A stretch of DNA of 46,719 nucleotides, the filler included, from Jimgerdemannia flammicorona (taxonomy: Eukaryota), in the NCBI GenBank assembly GCA_003990765.1. It is 2 parts of 2 records of this genome, joined end to end, with 100 filler letters (N's around TTAATTAATTAA, not from the genome) between each part and the next. Parts side by side here need not be neighbours in the genome. Positions count along the whole stretch, not along the records: positions 1 to 23,312 come from RBNJ01001120.1; 1 more part is not named here. One strand, 5' to 3'. Made by a program: the position numbers and the translations under genes. Shown here piece after piece: positions 1 to 14,060 of this stretch (the stretch's first letter is position 1; every line of letters begins with the position of its first letter). Under the pieces are notes generated by a model. It ran no database searches and was not told the origin of the DNA. It saw only the letters and a program-made list of their open reading frames with translations.

Positions 1-61
1 TAGTCCCTTGAACTCTGTCTTTATTACCAGTCTATGAATAAGTATACAATATCACCACCCA

Positions 62-3000
62 CTATCCAATCCCCATCGGGGGGCCCCTCCCCACCTCTTC
101 ACATATAAAGACCACCCTCTCACCAACCACTCCAACTCTCCCACCACTCTGACCACATATTTTCACCACCAAGCAGCACCTCTGACTCTCCTGCAGCCCC
201 CAACCAAGCCACCAGCCTGTCAAGATATCCTCCATAAGGCACTGCCAATGTGATAACCTGCTCCCCAAGCTCTGTCATCTCTCCTCCTCAAATACAAATA
301 GCCAGTGACTGGCCAGCCCAACCCAAATAGCCAATGCCCAGCCTAGAGTAATCCACTCCTCCCCTACCCCTCCTATCAGTCGATCCCTCAGGTCCTCCCA
401 CCTCCTCTGTACACCATCACCCCTATGCCTTACCCCCAAGCAGTCCCCAATGGCCTGCCAAAAGTCTCCCAACACCTCACACTCCCCTAGCCAATGTTCC
501 GGCATCTGTACAAATCTCCCTTCCTGCCCTACATTATGGCACTCCTCGCAGTCAAAGCAGCCCCCTACAACAAGGTGTCCTGAGCGGAAGTTAAGTATCA
601 CATTTCTCCTCAGCACATGCCACCAGACCACCCAGTACTTCAGTGGCATCTAATTTTTCACTGTGACACTCCAGGTCCAAACCCCATGTCAGTCCTACTC
701 CTCACCAATTCCTACTCCTTGCCACCTGCTAGGTCACAGGTCCTGGCCTGGTCCCCTTTGGCATTCAATTCCATCACCAATGTCGAACTCAAGTAAAGAC
801 ATGCCTCCCAGAAGAATGCCATTCCATCTCCACATCATCGGGCCCCAAGCCCTCTCCCCCTCATCCCCTTGCCAGCGAATACCAATGCAGTGAGCTCCCT
901 TGGCTATCTCCTACCAGAAGCCTTTATATCTCAGTTGTGTAGTGTTCTGAAGCCCAACTAATGAAAGAAGATCCCCAGTCAAGCCTCTTGGAGATGTCTG
1001 CCTCTCCCAAACCTTCTGCAGCAGGGGAACCCAGCCCTCTCCACCCAACTCCACTGCCCTCCAAAGCCACCATGCCCTCAAGCAGTGTAGTCATTTGGAG
1101 AAGTCCACCAGCCCAAGACCACCTCTTGCCACCAGTAGGGACAAAGTCTCCCAATCAATCTGACTCCGTCTACCAGCCCAGATCCATCTCTTGGCCACCT
1201 TCACCAGTCTCTTCACTACCCAGGCCGGGAAGTCCAGATGATAAGCCAAGTACTACAGCTTTGGCAGCCAGTATACATTCAAAATCGAGATCCTTCCTGC
1301 CAGAGAGAAGTGTCTTCCCCCCCAACCCTGCAGGGCCTCCTCCCAAATTCCAATCCTCTGCTCCCACCACAGCCTGGGCAGAATAGACCCAAAGACTGAC
1401 AAATAGATGCCCAAGTACTGCACTGTCTCTCTGGTGGGGACAATTGTTCCAATAACTTCTCCACCCACCAGGCTGTTGCCCAGCACCATTGTTTCACACT
1501 TGTGCCAATTCAAGTTCACCCCAGAGTTCTCCTCATACCACTCCACTGTCTTCTTGAGCTCCTCAACATCTGCAGTCACTCCTAAACCAACTACCATGTC
1601 ATCTGCAAAGGCACCAACTTTCCAGCCAATGCTATAAATAGAGAGCCCCACTATCTTCTACCGAATCCTGTCCATTAGAGGCTCCAAGGAAAGAGCATAC
1701 AAAATGGGGGACAATGGGTCCCCCTGGGGCACTCCCCTACCCAGAGGGAATGCTACCCCTCTATGCCCATTATACACAAGTGCAGCTCTACTCCTTTCCA
1801 GTAAGCTGACCATTGCCAACCGAAATGGGACTGGAACCCCAATTCTATCTAATACTTTTGCCAGCCAGACTCGCCACACCTGGTCATAAGCCTTCTTCTG
1901 GTCCAAGAAGACAAGATGCCCATCCAGTCCACAGGCTCGAGCACCTTCAATAACTCCATGTACCCAGGCTGTGCCATCTCTAATAAGCTGACCCCCTATG
2001 AAGCCCCTCTGCTCAATACCCACAATTTGCTGGGCCACCTTCTGTAGCCTTGCGACCACCACCTTAGTCACCAACTTTCTGTCTATATCTAGCAATATTA
2101 TTGGCTGCCAGTTCTTCCAATCCTCTCACCTTCCTTTGTTCTTATAAAGCAGCATCACCAGCCCAAGATCCTGCTCCCCCACCCATCTCCCTGATTGCAA
2201 TATAGAGTCACACAGTGCTGTCAACTCTCCCAACATGCCCGGGACTCCAACCATTCACTTCCAGAAGTCCCAGGGGAGGCCATCCTCCCCAGGCGCCATA
2301 CTCGAGGCTGTCACAGCAAGAACCTGGTGGATCTCTTTCTCTGTTACAGACATCACCAGGTCACCCAATCCCTCAGCTTATGGTGGGTGCCAATCTTCTA
2401 ATGTTTGGTCAATAGCTGTAGCATCTGCCCCACCCTCCTCCTCACTCCACAATCCACTCTATCATGCCTTCAGCATTCTAAGGATATCCTGTATACTATA
2501 CACTAGTATATCATCTGAGTCAAGTACCCCTTCCCACTGCTGCTGCACCCTTCTCGCTCAAAGTGTCCTTATGAGAAACTTGGAAGACCTCTCCCCTTCC
2601 TTCAGCCCCTGCCAGCGAAGCTGTACCACCAGGCCTTGCATCCTTAACTCTTCCTCTTCCCACAGCACCTGTTGTAGTTCCCCAACCTCCATCTTCACCC
2701 TCATCAATCTCCAATCCTCTACTCCCTCCACTACTGCCAGTCTTGCCCACTCCTCCAGGAGCCTAGCCAATCTAGTAGAAGCCCAATGCACTCTCTGCCT
2801 TCGCTGCTTCCCAGCCACTCTGCTAGCCTCACTCTAATATATCCTAGCCATCTCTTTCATTCTCATCCACTGAACCCCAATTTCGGCCCCTTCCTGCCAC
2901 CAATTCACCACCTTCAGCTGAATGTCTCTCACCCACTCCTCCCACCAGGACTCATCATCCAACAAGGAGGAATTTAGGCACCAATGTCCAGGCCCATCAC

Positions 3001-3718
3001 CACTTCCCCCAAAACACCCCTGTTCCAAAAGGCCCCAATGATCTGACTATGGACACTATTCTACCTCTAGCACCTTTCAAACATCACAGCCCCAACAGTC
3101 GGCTATCAGAATCCAGTCAATTCTTGTCCCCAGACCTCCAGCCCAATGCATATAGACCCTTCTGTTCCCCTAGTACTCTCTACCAGTATCCACCAGTGCT
3201 CCTAGCCTCTCGACCTCCTCCCATATTGCCAGCCCCCCACTCCTGCTCTCAACACCCTGTCCTCCATCAGTTCTATCCAGCTGTACATCCCGAACCATAT
3301 TGAAATCGCCTCCAAGTATATCCAACCCAGCTTCAGCAAGGATCCCACTCTCCAGGAGTCTTGTCACCCACTCCACATGCTCTCCCCATACAGCAGGGCA
3401 GTAACAAGAGCCAACTGTAACTGGCTCCCATCCTGCACGAATCCACTCACCCCAGACCAGTCTCTCCCCCCAGCTCCTCACATCCCTTATCTCCCCTCTG
3501 CCTTTCTGAACCAGAATCCTGACCTTGCTGTTCCAAATCGCCATGCCACCCCATTCCTTAGACCATTCCATTCTATTAGAATCATCCTCACACCTGACAT
3601 CCTGCAAGAGGAAGAGATCAGCCTCCAATCTCTTCAACCAGAAAAAAATGTTCCTGCATCTAACTGCACCCCTCAGCCCATTTACATTCAAAGAAAAAAT
3701 GTTGGTTGTACTGTTCAT
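62..3718 (-). pseudogene. LINE ORF2 (APE endonuclease, reverse transcriptase, C-terminal Cys/His motif), broken by stops and frameshifts
   Basis: APE motifs SLNVNGL, LQDVR, GGDFN (3170-3718). RT motifs EQRGF, FLDQKKAYD, GVPQGDPLSP, FADD, YLG (1253-2095). C-terminal CEEC...EHWLGEC (275-649). Confidence 0.93.
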
Positions 3719-3749
3719 ATTGAAATACAGTTTGTTCTCAATCAATCCC

Positions 3750-5779
3750 TACTACTCCATGCCCATCTCCTCCTATACCATGTCCAGATTATGTTCAGCC
3801 ATCACCTCCTCCTCTTCAGCTCTCTGAGCCTCCAGTCCAGCTAGCAGCTCATTCATCTCCTCATCAGCCTTCTCCTCAAACTCCTCCCTGTACTCAATGC
3901 AAGCCTTCTGTCAAAGCTGCAATCCATGATGCCTGTTCCAACAGTACTCAGCCTTCTCCCCAGTGACCACTGCCAGCTCTGCCTCTCTCTCCTTGTCTAC
4001 CTCATACCCTTCCTCCTCTAGATACACCATGAGAATTTCTGCCTTCAGCGCCATCACCACTCCTTCCCCCTGCAAAATTCTCATCCAGTGCTCATCACTC
4101 ATCCCATGCAAGTCCACCTCCCCCAGCTCTTCTGCCACCAGGTTATTCATCATCCAGCACATCCAAAGTAGGTTTCCCACCTCCTTTCCACCAGGGGTCG
4201 CCAGCCTCCCTCTGTCCAGCATTGTGGTGTCAGCTCCAGCACTTGTATCCTCATCCCATATCTCCAGGACATCCACCAGTTCCTCCTCCCCAGCCACCAC
4301 AACTTGGTCTCTATCCATTACCTCCAGAATGCCGAATTTCACCCACTGGGTCCCCAGCATCATCACATCCTCCCCAGACTTATGCCTGGAAGCTGGGCCA
4401 CACCTGATAAGAGGGGAAGGGGTGGGGGAATTCTCCCAGACTTCTTCCCAAACCTCCAAGGTGCCATCAGTATATGGGTCGCTAATCTTCACCTCCTTCA
4501 CCTTCCCTGACTTTGCCCCATCATTCCCACTCCTCTCACCAGTCCAGACACTCGCTCCGGCCCCTTCTACACCCATCTTCATGCTTACATCCTTCTGTGG
4601 TCCACCCTCCAGTTGAGCCAGCGGATCCCTCTGCCTCTTCCACCCCTGAGCCCTTTCCCACTGTATCTTGTCCACTCGAATCCTCTTTCCATCCACTACC
4701 TCCAGGTGCGTCGACTTCTCAAAAGTCTTCCAGGCCTTAGCTCACCTTTCCACAGCCCCATCCAGCTCCTCCAGCACTTCCAATAAATCTTCCTCCTCTT
4801 CTTCACTTCCTTTCACCTGCATCACCTTGCACAGGAATACTCCCCAAACCATCACCAAAGGCCAGTCCCTTGTCTTCCCAGTAGTCTCCTTCCCAGCCAG
4901 CCAAATCCTCACATCCATGTCCCCAGTCCTGAGCATGGTCTCTTCCCAGACCCAGAATCCAATATCCACCACCTCTCTGTACTCCGCCATGACATCCTCC
5001 ACTCTCTTCCTCATCTCCATTGCTGTCACTATGGGTACCCCTTTCACCAGTAGTTGAACCACCCTTGGATCCCATTTCAGACACCTCGCCATCAGAACAC
5101 ACACCTCCCCAACCACCAACCTAACCTTCAGTGCCTCCTCTAGCAGTTCAACCTCCTCAAAACCCACCTCCACCCCCTCCAACCCCTTCAGAAACTTCAC
5201 TGAAGCTGCTCCTGCCACCTGCTTAGTGATAAGTCCCAACACCATTTTTGCTGTCACCGCCAAGCCCCGGAAGCACAGCATGACTGTGAATGCCGAGATC
5301 GACTTCTTGAGTAACAGAGCCACCACCAGTCCTGTTACACCATCCACCAGGTTCCCGGGCCTTATGCCCTTCCCACTGCTCAGCTCACCATCAGCAGTCC
5401 CATCTAGATTTTTTTCTAGATCACCTGTCACACCCCCATCAGCAGTCCCCGCCCCAGCCACAACCCCCCCAGCTCCACTCCTATGGCCCTCCAGAGAGGA
5501 ACCCCCAAGAGGTTGCTGCCTGGTAGCCTTCAATGGTACCTTCCCCCCTCTCAGCCAGCTCTCCAGTCCAGCTCCTTGCCAACCCCCCTTCACCTTCTCC
5601 GCAAAGCTCACCCTGTCAGATTCTTGCCCTCCAGCTCCTCCCCCTCCTCCACTGTGGCCTCCTGCCAGCAGGCCCCTCATACTTCCCCCCAAGCTGGAGC
5701 CTCTCCCCACTTGCTGCCATTCAAATGCTCCAGGGCCACCCTGCCCAGTATGCACCTCTGGATGTTTGTTGGTCACCAT
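3750..5779 (-). pseudogene. LINE ORF1 (Gly-rich N-terminus, putative RRM-like core, acidic C-terminus), broken
   Basis: ORF pieces 4742-5779 and 3911-4696 lie directly upstream of ORF2 and are homologous to ORF1 of family B (VEVGF/VEIGF, MARCLKWD/MARCLRWD). Confidence 0.85.
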
Positions 5780-5861
5780 GATACTAGTAGCTTTTCTCCA
5801 GAAACTGTATTGAAAGTATTGCCGAAAGATTGTGTAACCTAAATGTTATTGGAGAAAGATG

Positions 5862-6836
5862 TCTTATAGGGTTCTTTGTGAGCATCCTTCTTGGTGGTCT
5901 GAGCAGGATAGGCCTCCCATTCTTCTTTATCAGAATCTCCAATCTCCTCAAAGGTAATTGTATTGACCTGCTCCTTGTTTCATGTAGCATTGCTTGGTTA
6001 AGCCTTGCACTTGGTTTCACTCATGTATTCTTAGGAGTAGTAGTTTTCTTCTCCACAAGTATAGTAGGTACCTTTCTTCTTATCTGAGGTAGTGGCAAAC
6101 TTCTGAACAGGGCAGCAGTCTCTTCCTCGAATTTCCTTTACCATGTCTCCCAGGTGGGTAGTCATTTCAGCAAACCTTTTAGTGAGTTCCTCCATAGGGT
6201 CACTGTTCTTTTACTGCTCTGTAGCTTTTGGCTGAGGTGTGTTTTGATTGATCATTGTGGTAGGGATCACACTGGTTGCCTTGGGTGCCTCAATTCTGAC
6301 TCCTGTGACCCTTTCCATTGTATGGTCTTATGGATGTCTGACTATCCAGTATCACTGAGCATAGGTGACCTTCTGTGGTAGATCCAGAATTACTGGTGAT
6401 GAGCGGATGGCCATGGCTATTTCTGGATGGACTCCTTTCATGAAGGTTGCTTTGGCTACTTGATCTCGGATAGCAGCAGCATAATCTACAAGAATTATCT
6501 GATATCGAATTCTGGTATAGAATGTGTTGGATCCTCGCTCATTCCTTGGTATGTTGTATTGAGCTGATCCTTCAGAGCTTGCTTGATCTCATCTGTGTAA
6601 TATGTATTTCAGAGCCAGGTCTTCTGTGCTGTCAGTATAGCATCAGCATCATTTCCTGCATGAGTTGCAGCTGTGAATGCTGCTCTGGCAGGGCCTTGTA
6701 GACTGAAGGGCATGAGGGCTACTTGCTGTGCTGCTGTCAGGGTTCTTACAGCGGCATACTGCTCGAAATCATCAATGAAGGTGATGATTGACTCATCTGA
6801 GGTATATCTATGGAATACTGGTGGTCTCATATCCAT
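5862..6836 (-). pseudogene. Ty3/Gypsy gag fragment (capsid region plus decayed CCHC knuckle), truncated by LINE A1
   Basis: MRPPVF...FIDDFEQYA...SLQGPARAAF capsid-like segment. The decayed knuckle YYTCGEENYYS*EY (~6024-6065) is consistent with C-x2-C-x4-H-x4-C after G>A/C>T changes. It lies downstream of a PBS and an LTR. Confidence 0.8.
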
Positions 6837-6930
6837 CTTGTCTGGGTATTGGGGCTCGGTTTATATGGTTGTTCGGGTAGTGGTGGTTGTTTATTGTTCA
6901 GCTTGAAAGTGAGGGATTCATCTTGAATCA

Positions 6931-6947
6931 CCAGCCAATGGACACCA
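6931..6947 (-). promoter_or_regulatory. Putative tRNA primer-binding site
   Basis: TGGTGTCCATTGGCTGG begins 3 nt after the LTR end (...TGTTACA act TGG). The cognate tRNA was not identified. Confidence 0.65.
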
Positions 6948-6950
6948 AGT

Positions 6951-7417
6951 TGTAACATAGCAGATGCTTACTCTTGAAAGTACATCAGATTTCTATATCT
7001 TGAAAACTTGACTGTTCTGACTCTCGCAGAGTCTCTTGAAATTACAGGGGAGAGTGGGTGAGTTTGAAGTGTATCTGCCTACAGACTTACTAGTTCCTTT
7101 GCTATCTCTTTGCTTTGAACTATTTTGATCTGAGGTTTATTCACTCGAAGATACTGGGTTATTTATACAAGTTTGCTAGCTATGAGATGGTTACTGGGTT
7201 ACGTGGTTAAGTTATGAGTCATTTAACACTTTGCAAAATGTTTTGCCAGTTGCAAAATGCTATACTATATCGGGAAGCTTGATCTTATACTTTGTGAAAT
7301 ATTTAGCAAATTGTGAAATTGAGGACTGTTAACTATGTGGCTATACTACTTTGGGACTGGGTGCAATCAAGTGTCTGTTCCCTATTTCCTTCTTCCAAAT
7401 CTGGCTATACTGTCACA
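6951..7417 (-). repeat. 5' LTR (467 bp) of the Gypsy gag fragment
   Basis: Ends TGTGACA...TGTTACA. TATAAAT (7161-7167) is followed by AATAAA (7136-7141). A PBS and gag follow. Confidence 0.85.
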
Positions 7418-7519
7418 ATATATAAAATATTGGTTTATTTTATTAATAAAAATTCTCTAATAAAAAAACTCTATAATTAATAGAATAATATTAATTTATA
7501 GATATATTATAATATCTAT

Positions 7520-9086
7520 TATAATAGTGACCCCAGAATAATGACATTAGTATAAGAGACAGTCTTTCCTTGCAAGCCACCAGATTGGAGTACAAGAAGA
7601 TCATATAGTATACAAGATGAGCAATGATAACTAACTGTGAGTCATTGTGACCACAATATGAGTATCTTAAGGAATATAAAAGAAGGATCAAAGAACCATA
7701 GTAGCAGTAACCAACAAGACCCACCAATTCCAAAATAGCTCAAAGACTTACTACAAACAAAATACCTGCTGCTCACCAAACCTCAAGGTCAAGGAATCAC
7801 CAAGATACCTCAGTTGAAGAAAGAATATTCCAAGACATCAGAAGAGCCATGAGAACCCATATAAGAAGGACTCCTAGTGTTAACCTGGGTATTAGTGACC
7901 CTTATCATTATATTCTCTACCACTGTGAAATGGAAACAAGGATCACTATTGCTACCAAATATCTCCAAATATGGCAGGAGTATGAAATAGAAAACTTTCT
8001 CTACTGGAAGTTCCCACAGGCCAGCCCCCAATAGTTATAAGATGCCACTCCCATGGATATATATGAAGCAAGAACAGCTAAGAAGATCCATCAGATCTTC
8101 AGGCATGTACCATGGTTGATCTCCAACTTGGAGTATGTTAGAGTCTCAGACTTCAGAGACCTGTCAGTCTGCCATATCAATACACTAGAAGCCAGGGTAG
8201 CTACAGAAGCCCAGTCCACTATTACTCTCAATAGTGATAAAGTAGAAGACTTCTGGTATCCCATCCTTCAGAACAACCCAGATCAATTCCTGCAAGAATT
8301 GATCTCAGTATTCCAAGGTCTAAGTATCTAGGTTAGACCTCTTCAAAACTCTACATTTGTTCTCTATTTTGTAAAAGAGAACCTCATAGATTGGAGAGCC
8401 TCTAATTTTCCCACTAAACATGATGATATCATTGGCAATGACATTATCCTACATGATATATGCAAAATGCACAACCTATGTAATGATGATAAGATGGATG
8501 AGATGTTCATAGATCTCATCTCCTTCAAAGACATCCTGACCTCTAATAAAGATAAAACTTTTATGGTTCTAAACATTCTGCTCTAAGTCTCTTGGTTACA
8601 CTGAATTATGCCAACACTCTTTTTCTGTATAACAGCTATTTCTCTACTGGCATTCTGATGTGACTTAGAATTATTCCAGTACCATTTTCCTATATTACTA
8701 AAATTATACTAGTATCCTGAACCTGTGCAACCATCTGTGCTGACCCTAAAACTTGACAGTTTTCTCTGTTCTAGCATTTTTATTTGGTTATTGGAATTTA
8801 TATTTAGCTTTATATCTTAGTAACTATTGAATTATATTTTGTATAAATACCCTTCTTATTTCCTTCAAAATAAAGTCAGTTCCTCTCAGTACAATATATA
8901 CAATTTCTTGCAAATAATCTAAGAGATAACAAGACAGTTTAAAGATAAGAAGTTTGAGGACTATAAGACCTTAGGAAGGCACTCTAATAAGGACTTACTT
9001 ACATATAACAAACTTGAGTTAGTCTAAGAGATATACTTTGAAGAGAATCTGATATATTTGAAGGACTCAGCAACTACTATATAATA
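7520..9086 (+). repeat. Solo LTR (~1.57 kb), decayed copy of the LTR at 20123-21662
   Basis: Colinear with the reverse complement of 20123-21662. Termini TATAATA...ATAATA are transition-mutated TGTAACA...GTGACA. A 4-bp TSD CTAT flanks it (7516-7519 and 9087-9090). Confidence 0.92.
7762..8586 (+). pseudogene. LTR(U3)-embedded ORF of unknown function, copy A (275 codons)
   Basis: Single frame from ATA (ATG in the sister copy) to TAA, with 3 internal stops (8032, 8038, 8329). Motif RTAKKIHQIFRHVPWLISNLEYV. Confidence 0.8.
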
Positions 9087-12000
9087 CTATATATGTTTTT
9101 AAATATACATTTTCTAATAATATTTTTATTTTTAATATTTATAAAATATAAATATAATAATAATAATAGATATAGTACTCACCTCTCTCTACTACAATTT
9201 ATATTACACAAACTTCTGATAATACTTTTGATATAGTATTTAGAGAAAAGATAATAATAACATAGTAAAAAGTAAGAGTTCTGATAGATATACTGGGTCT
9301 GATAAGCCTGGGGCCTTTGGGTGACAGTATATTGAGAGAGATTATAATCTGAGAATGAGTACTTTCAGTAGTATAAGTGGTCAGAGAGATAACTAGTATT
9401 AGAGGAGAGTAGGGTAGAAGAGGAACTATAAGCTTTATAGATAAGATGAAGATGGGAGGTTGGCTGGTGAGTACTTGGACTGGTGAGGTAGACAGTAGAG
9501 ATAGACTAGACCAAGAGAGGGCTAGAGAGTCTTTGCCTAGAGGAGTGAGCATAAAGGCAGGAGGGGCTAGGACTGAGAGAGGAGGAGTGACTGCTGATAG
9601 TAGTGTAACTGAGAATTTAGAAAAAAATCCAGATATGATAACTGATAGCAGAGCTAGACAGAGGAGCTGAGAAAGAGCAAGAGACCTGATAGATAGTGTG
9701 ACAGAACTGATAGTAATACTATTACTCAAGAAGTTGATCTCAGAATTTATAATCATATTGTACTTCTAGGGGCTAGTAGTGACTATAAGGATGGTTCTGG
9801 AGTTAATCTCAAAACAGCTGTCTAGAGTAGCTTCTATGAAGTTCCTATATAGACTAGAAGAGGTTAAGATAGACTTTGAGAAGACATTCTACTGGAGGAG
9901 GCTTTGAAGACTAGGTTGATATTTGGTGAGATAGTTATACTAATAGTAAGATACTTAAGATGAGATCTCAGAGTAGTATAGCTCTTAGTAAAGGAGATAT
10001 CTATAGTAATGACTACTGAGATAAGACAGAGGGTAGAGGAGATGATAGTAGAGTATGGAGATGTGATAGATATTGGATTTCAAGTCTAAGAGAAGATATT
10101 CTTCAGAACTAGAAATGTGGATATTTAACTTTAACTTGCAGAGAAGGAGATTACAGAGAAGTCTTGAGATTGGTCTTTAGTAATGATGTGGAGAGCTTTT
10201 ATCTGTAAGGTAATAAGGATGAAGAGGAACAAGATAGAGAAGGAGAATCTGCTAGAAATACTGAAGGACTTGAGTGGGGCAGTAGAATATTAAGCTGGAG
10301 TATAGAGAGAGTATGTTGTCTCTACCTACTTAAAGATAGTAAATAGGAAGTATATGTAGATAGACAAGGTACTATGAGAGAAGACTCATGAGAGAAAGAG
10401 ACAGAGAGACCTGCTGGCAGAGTTGAAGGCAGTGCCTGTTGCAGGATTGGAGGAGAGCTTCAAGGGGGCACTGGTGAGTAACTGAGCTGCAGATAGAGTA
10501 GAGAGATTAGTGGTGGGAGAGAGAGTGAGTAGGGAAATAAGATATCAGTAGCTCTATGATGATGACATATTGGAAGTATAGAAGAGAGTGACAGAAGGGC
10601 TACTGTTCCAAGATAGAGTATAGGTAATGATATTGAGATAAGAGGTACTTATAGGATTTAATTTGGAGTATCAGATGTTGCAAAAGAGGGATAGATAGTT
10701 GATATCAAAGAGGAGGAGTTGGTGGATATCTCTGAGAAGAGGTGGGATGAGTCTGCTAGTATTGGAGCTAATATTACAATATTGGATAGAAGGCAGCTAG
10801 ATACTTCTAAGAGAAAAAATGTTAGAGACTTATAATAGATATATATAATAATATATAATTTGATAGTAGAGAAGTTGGGAGAAGTGGACTTAAGAGTAAT
10901 CAGTGAAGATTACTAGAAGAGGATCCTGAGAAGAGATGGCATAGTAGAGGTTCTGAAATCTGAGGTGTTGGCAGTTTATCTAGAAGAGGAGAGTTATGAG
11001 ATAAATACTGCTAGAGAGATAGAGCTGGCTACAGTTGCAGGGGACAGTACTGCCTTTTGATAGAAGAAGTGAGATAGGAGAATGCTATAGTAGGAGCTTA
11101 TCTAGTATATAGAGAGAAAATAGAGAAGAAGAATAATGCAGTAATTTCTGAGATCCTAACTAGAATAGAGATGAGAGAAGCTGAAAGAGTTGAAGTAAAG
11201 ATAGAGTATAGCCTGAACTTGAATTATAAGGTAATAAGTATGGAGCTATGAGAAGTTGGGTCTACTTTATAATATTATTTCCTTATGAATAGTATAACTA
11301 ATATTTTCTCACTAAATGTGAATAGTCTGAGGGACTCTATGAGATATTGAAATATTTTCTCTTAGCTAAAAGAGTTGAAGACTAATCTTTTTCTTTTGCA
11401 GAATGTACATTGGAAGGAGAAATTAAATAGATAGAATTGGATGACAGAATGAGAGAGTGGCAGTTTAGAGGAATAAGATTGGGATACTTATATAGAGTAA
11501 TAAAGGGGAGATCTGTGAAGTTGGCAGCTAGAGCAGCTATTTAGTATGAGGTGAGTAATATAGACCAGAGTGGCTCATACTACTGTCTAGTAGTACAATG
11601 TGAGTAGATTGAATAGCTAGAAGAACTTCTGGATTATAGAGTATTGGTAAAGACAGAGGTTGATATTCTTGAGAGAGACTTCAATATAGTTCATAATATA
11701 GTAATAGATAGGACTGATAAGAGAAAAAGTATTAGAGGCTGTAGTGGTGGTCTGGAGATATGAGAGGAGATAGAGAGACTAGGCTCTTTAGTAGATATAG
11801 GTAGGATATTATAGAGAGATCAGAGAGTATATATCCACTAAGTGAATAGACTTAGAATAGAGATTGACTGAATGTTGATAGCTAATTACTAGAGATAGAT
11901 ATTTGGAGGTAATTAGAGATAGAGTGGTACTTATGGTCTGACTACTGGAGATTAATAGAGCATAGTTGGTTTGGGAGGTGAGGATAAACCTAAACATTGG

Positions 12001-13870
12001 TGCCTCAATTCCTCCTTACTGGCTGAGCAGGAGTTATAAGATGTATAGGTGGAGAATATTAACTGAAAGATTATTTGTTAGACTGAGGAGGGGTGCCTAA
12101 TTGGGGTCTGTTAAACAAGACTGAAGGAGGCTACTAGGGTGTACTGGGGAGAGGCTGGCAGACTGGCTGGTGAGTGGTATCATAAAGAGTAAGGTGGGCT
12201 TCTATATACATAACTGGTCCAGCTTCAGAGGGCTTGGACTAATCTATTGGGGCTAGAGTCAGGAGAAGATTAAAGGCTAGAAAGAGTTAAGATAGAGGTG
12301 GAAGAGTTGTAAAAGATATTGAGAGAGGAGGAGGAGGTTTGTATAAAGAGAATGTCTGCTTGGTTAAGATAACAGTAGCTTGGGGAAAGTGAAAGATCTT
12401 CAAAATATTTGTTATAGTATCTTTAGACAAGGAGGGTATAATAGAGATAAAATAGTATTCTTGATGAGAAGGGCTTGCTGATGAGTAGAACCTAGCAAAT
12501 CTTGGGCTCTCTGAAGAAGGTAGGGGGGTTTGTAGAGTAAGAAGGAGAGAGATACTAATATAGAGACTATTGAGCAGATACTGGAAGATTGGCAACTTCC
12601 ATCAGTAGAAGGTCTGAATGATTTAACTCTACCAGTTCAGATAGAGGAAATCTGATAAATAATTATAGCAATATTAGTAGACATTATACCAGGAGAGAAT
12701 AGTTTGCCTTGAGACTTTAAAAAGAAGATGATGAGAGTCCTGGAGATACTAGGAGAGATGACAGCACTGTGTGACTTTATACTCCTATCTGGAAAGTGAG
12801 TTGAGGAACAGGATCTTGGCCTAGTAGTACTTCTGTTCAAAAATAAGGATAGATATAAGAATTAGAAGAACTGGAGGCCAATTATACTTCTGGATATAGA
12901 AGAAAGTTGATTACAAAAGTGATTATTATGAGGTTGTAGAAAGTGGCCCAATAAGTACTAGATAAGAAGCAGAGAGACTTTATTGGAGGCCATCTAATCT
13001 GAGATAGGATAGTATAGGTATATGATATCATTAAAGGAGTGAGGGCTAGTAAACTAGATAGAAGGTTGGTCTTTCTAGACCAGGAGAAAGCCTATGATTA
13101 AGTAAGGAGAGTATGGCTAGGAAAGGTATTGGATAGGATTGGTCTTCTCTAGCAGTTTTGGGTTTTAATAATTAGTCTGTTGGAGAGTAGTAGAGCAGTA
13201 CTTATATATAATAGTAACTATAGCATAGCCTTTTCTCTAGAGAGAGAGGTGTCTCAGAGAGATCTGTTGTCTCTGATTCTGTATACTCTATCATTAGAGC
13301 TATTGATAGATAGAATTAGGTATACTGTAGATGAGCTCTCAATCCATAGAATTGCTTAGAAGGTTGGAGTATTTATAGATAATATAGTAGTTGGCCTTAG
13401 ATCTATCATAGATGTAGAGGTATTGTAAGATACTATGGAATAGTATAAGAGATACTCTGGAGTGAAGCTCAACTAATATAAGTATGAGATAATAGTATTA
13501 GATAATAGTTTGGTGAGAGAGAATATCATTAGAACAATTATCTCTGCTGAAGAGATAATATAGTATCTGGATATCTTTCTTTCAGTATATAGATCTATCT
13601 TATTAAGAATTTAGTAGAAGAAGAAGGTGATTATTTGGGAGAAGATCCTTCAGAGTTGAAGAGAGCATTACATCTCCCTGACTGAGTGGGTGGTAATCCT
13701 GAATATTTACTAGCTATCAAAGCTGTGATATTTGGTATACCATTTGGATTTTCTAGTCTAAGTAGTAAAGAGGCTAGTGAAATTAGCCAGAGATTGAATT
13801 TGGGCTAGAAGACAGTATTAAATAGGATGAGAGGTTTTAATATTACTAGTAAATAGAGGTAATCTTGATT

Positions 13871-14060
13871 ATAAAGGAAGAATTGGGGTAGCTGGGGAAA
13901 TAGTGGTATTCTAGAGAGATAGAGAGAGGGGAGAGGGCCCCTCAGGAGATTGGATGAGAGGGGGGGGGGTCTGTATTGATATATGTAATATAGGTTGGTA
14001 ATTGGGTAATAAAATAGAAGTCCAAGTGACTATAAATAAAATAAAAAAATAAAAAAAAAA
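13871..14060 (+). mobile_element. 5'-truncated LINE 3' end (~190 bp) nested in A2
   Basis: Ends AAGTCCAAGTGACTATAAA plus an A-rich tail. TSD AGAGGTAATCTTGATT (13855-13870) / GGAGGTGGTCTTGATC (14061-14076) differs only by transitions. Confidence 0.85.

Larger units (their letters stand above)
1..5861 (-). mobile_element. Near full-length L1/Tx1-type LINE, family A, copy A1 (degenerate)
   Basis: ORF1 plus APE-RT ORF2 remnants on the minus strand. The 5' end (CATCTTTCTCCAATAACATTTAGGTTACAC) matches the start of copy A2 at ~9180. The 3' terminus AATAAAGACAGAGTTCAAGGGACTA reaches position 1, so the poly(A) lies just outside the window. It interrupts a Gypsy gag. Confidence 0.93.

Noticed and set aside
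450..5842. Numerous Ser/Pro/Thr-rich plus-strand ORFs (also 23753-33432)
   Set aside because: They are antisense shadows of G-rich LINE ORFs with no motifs; the C-rich strand simply has few stops.
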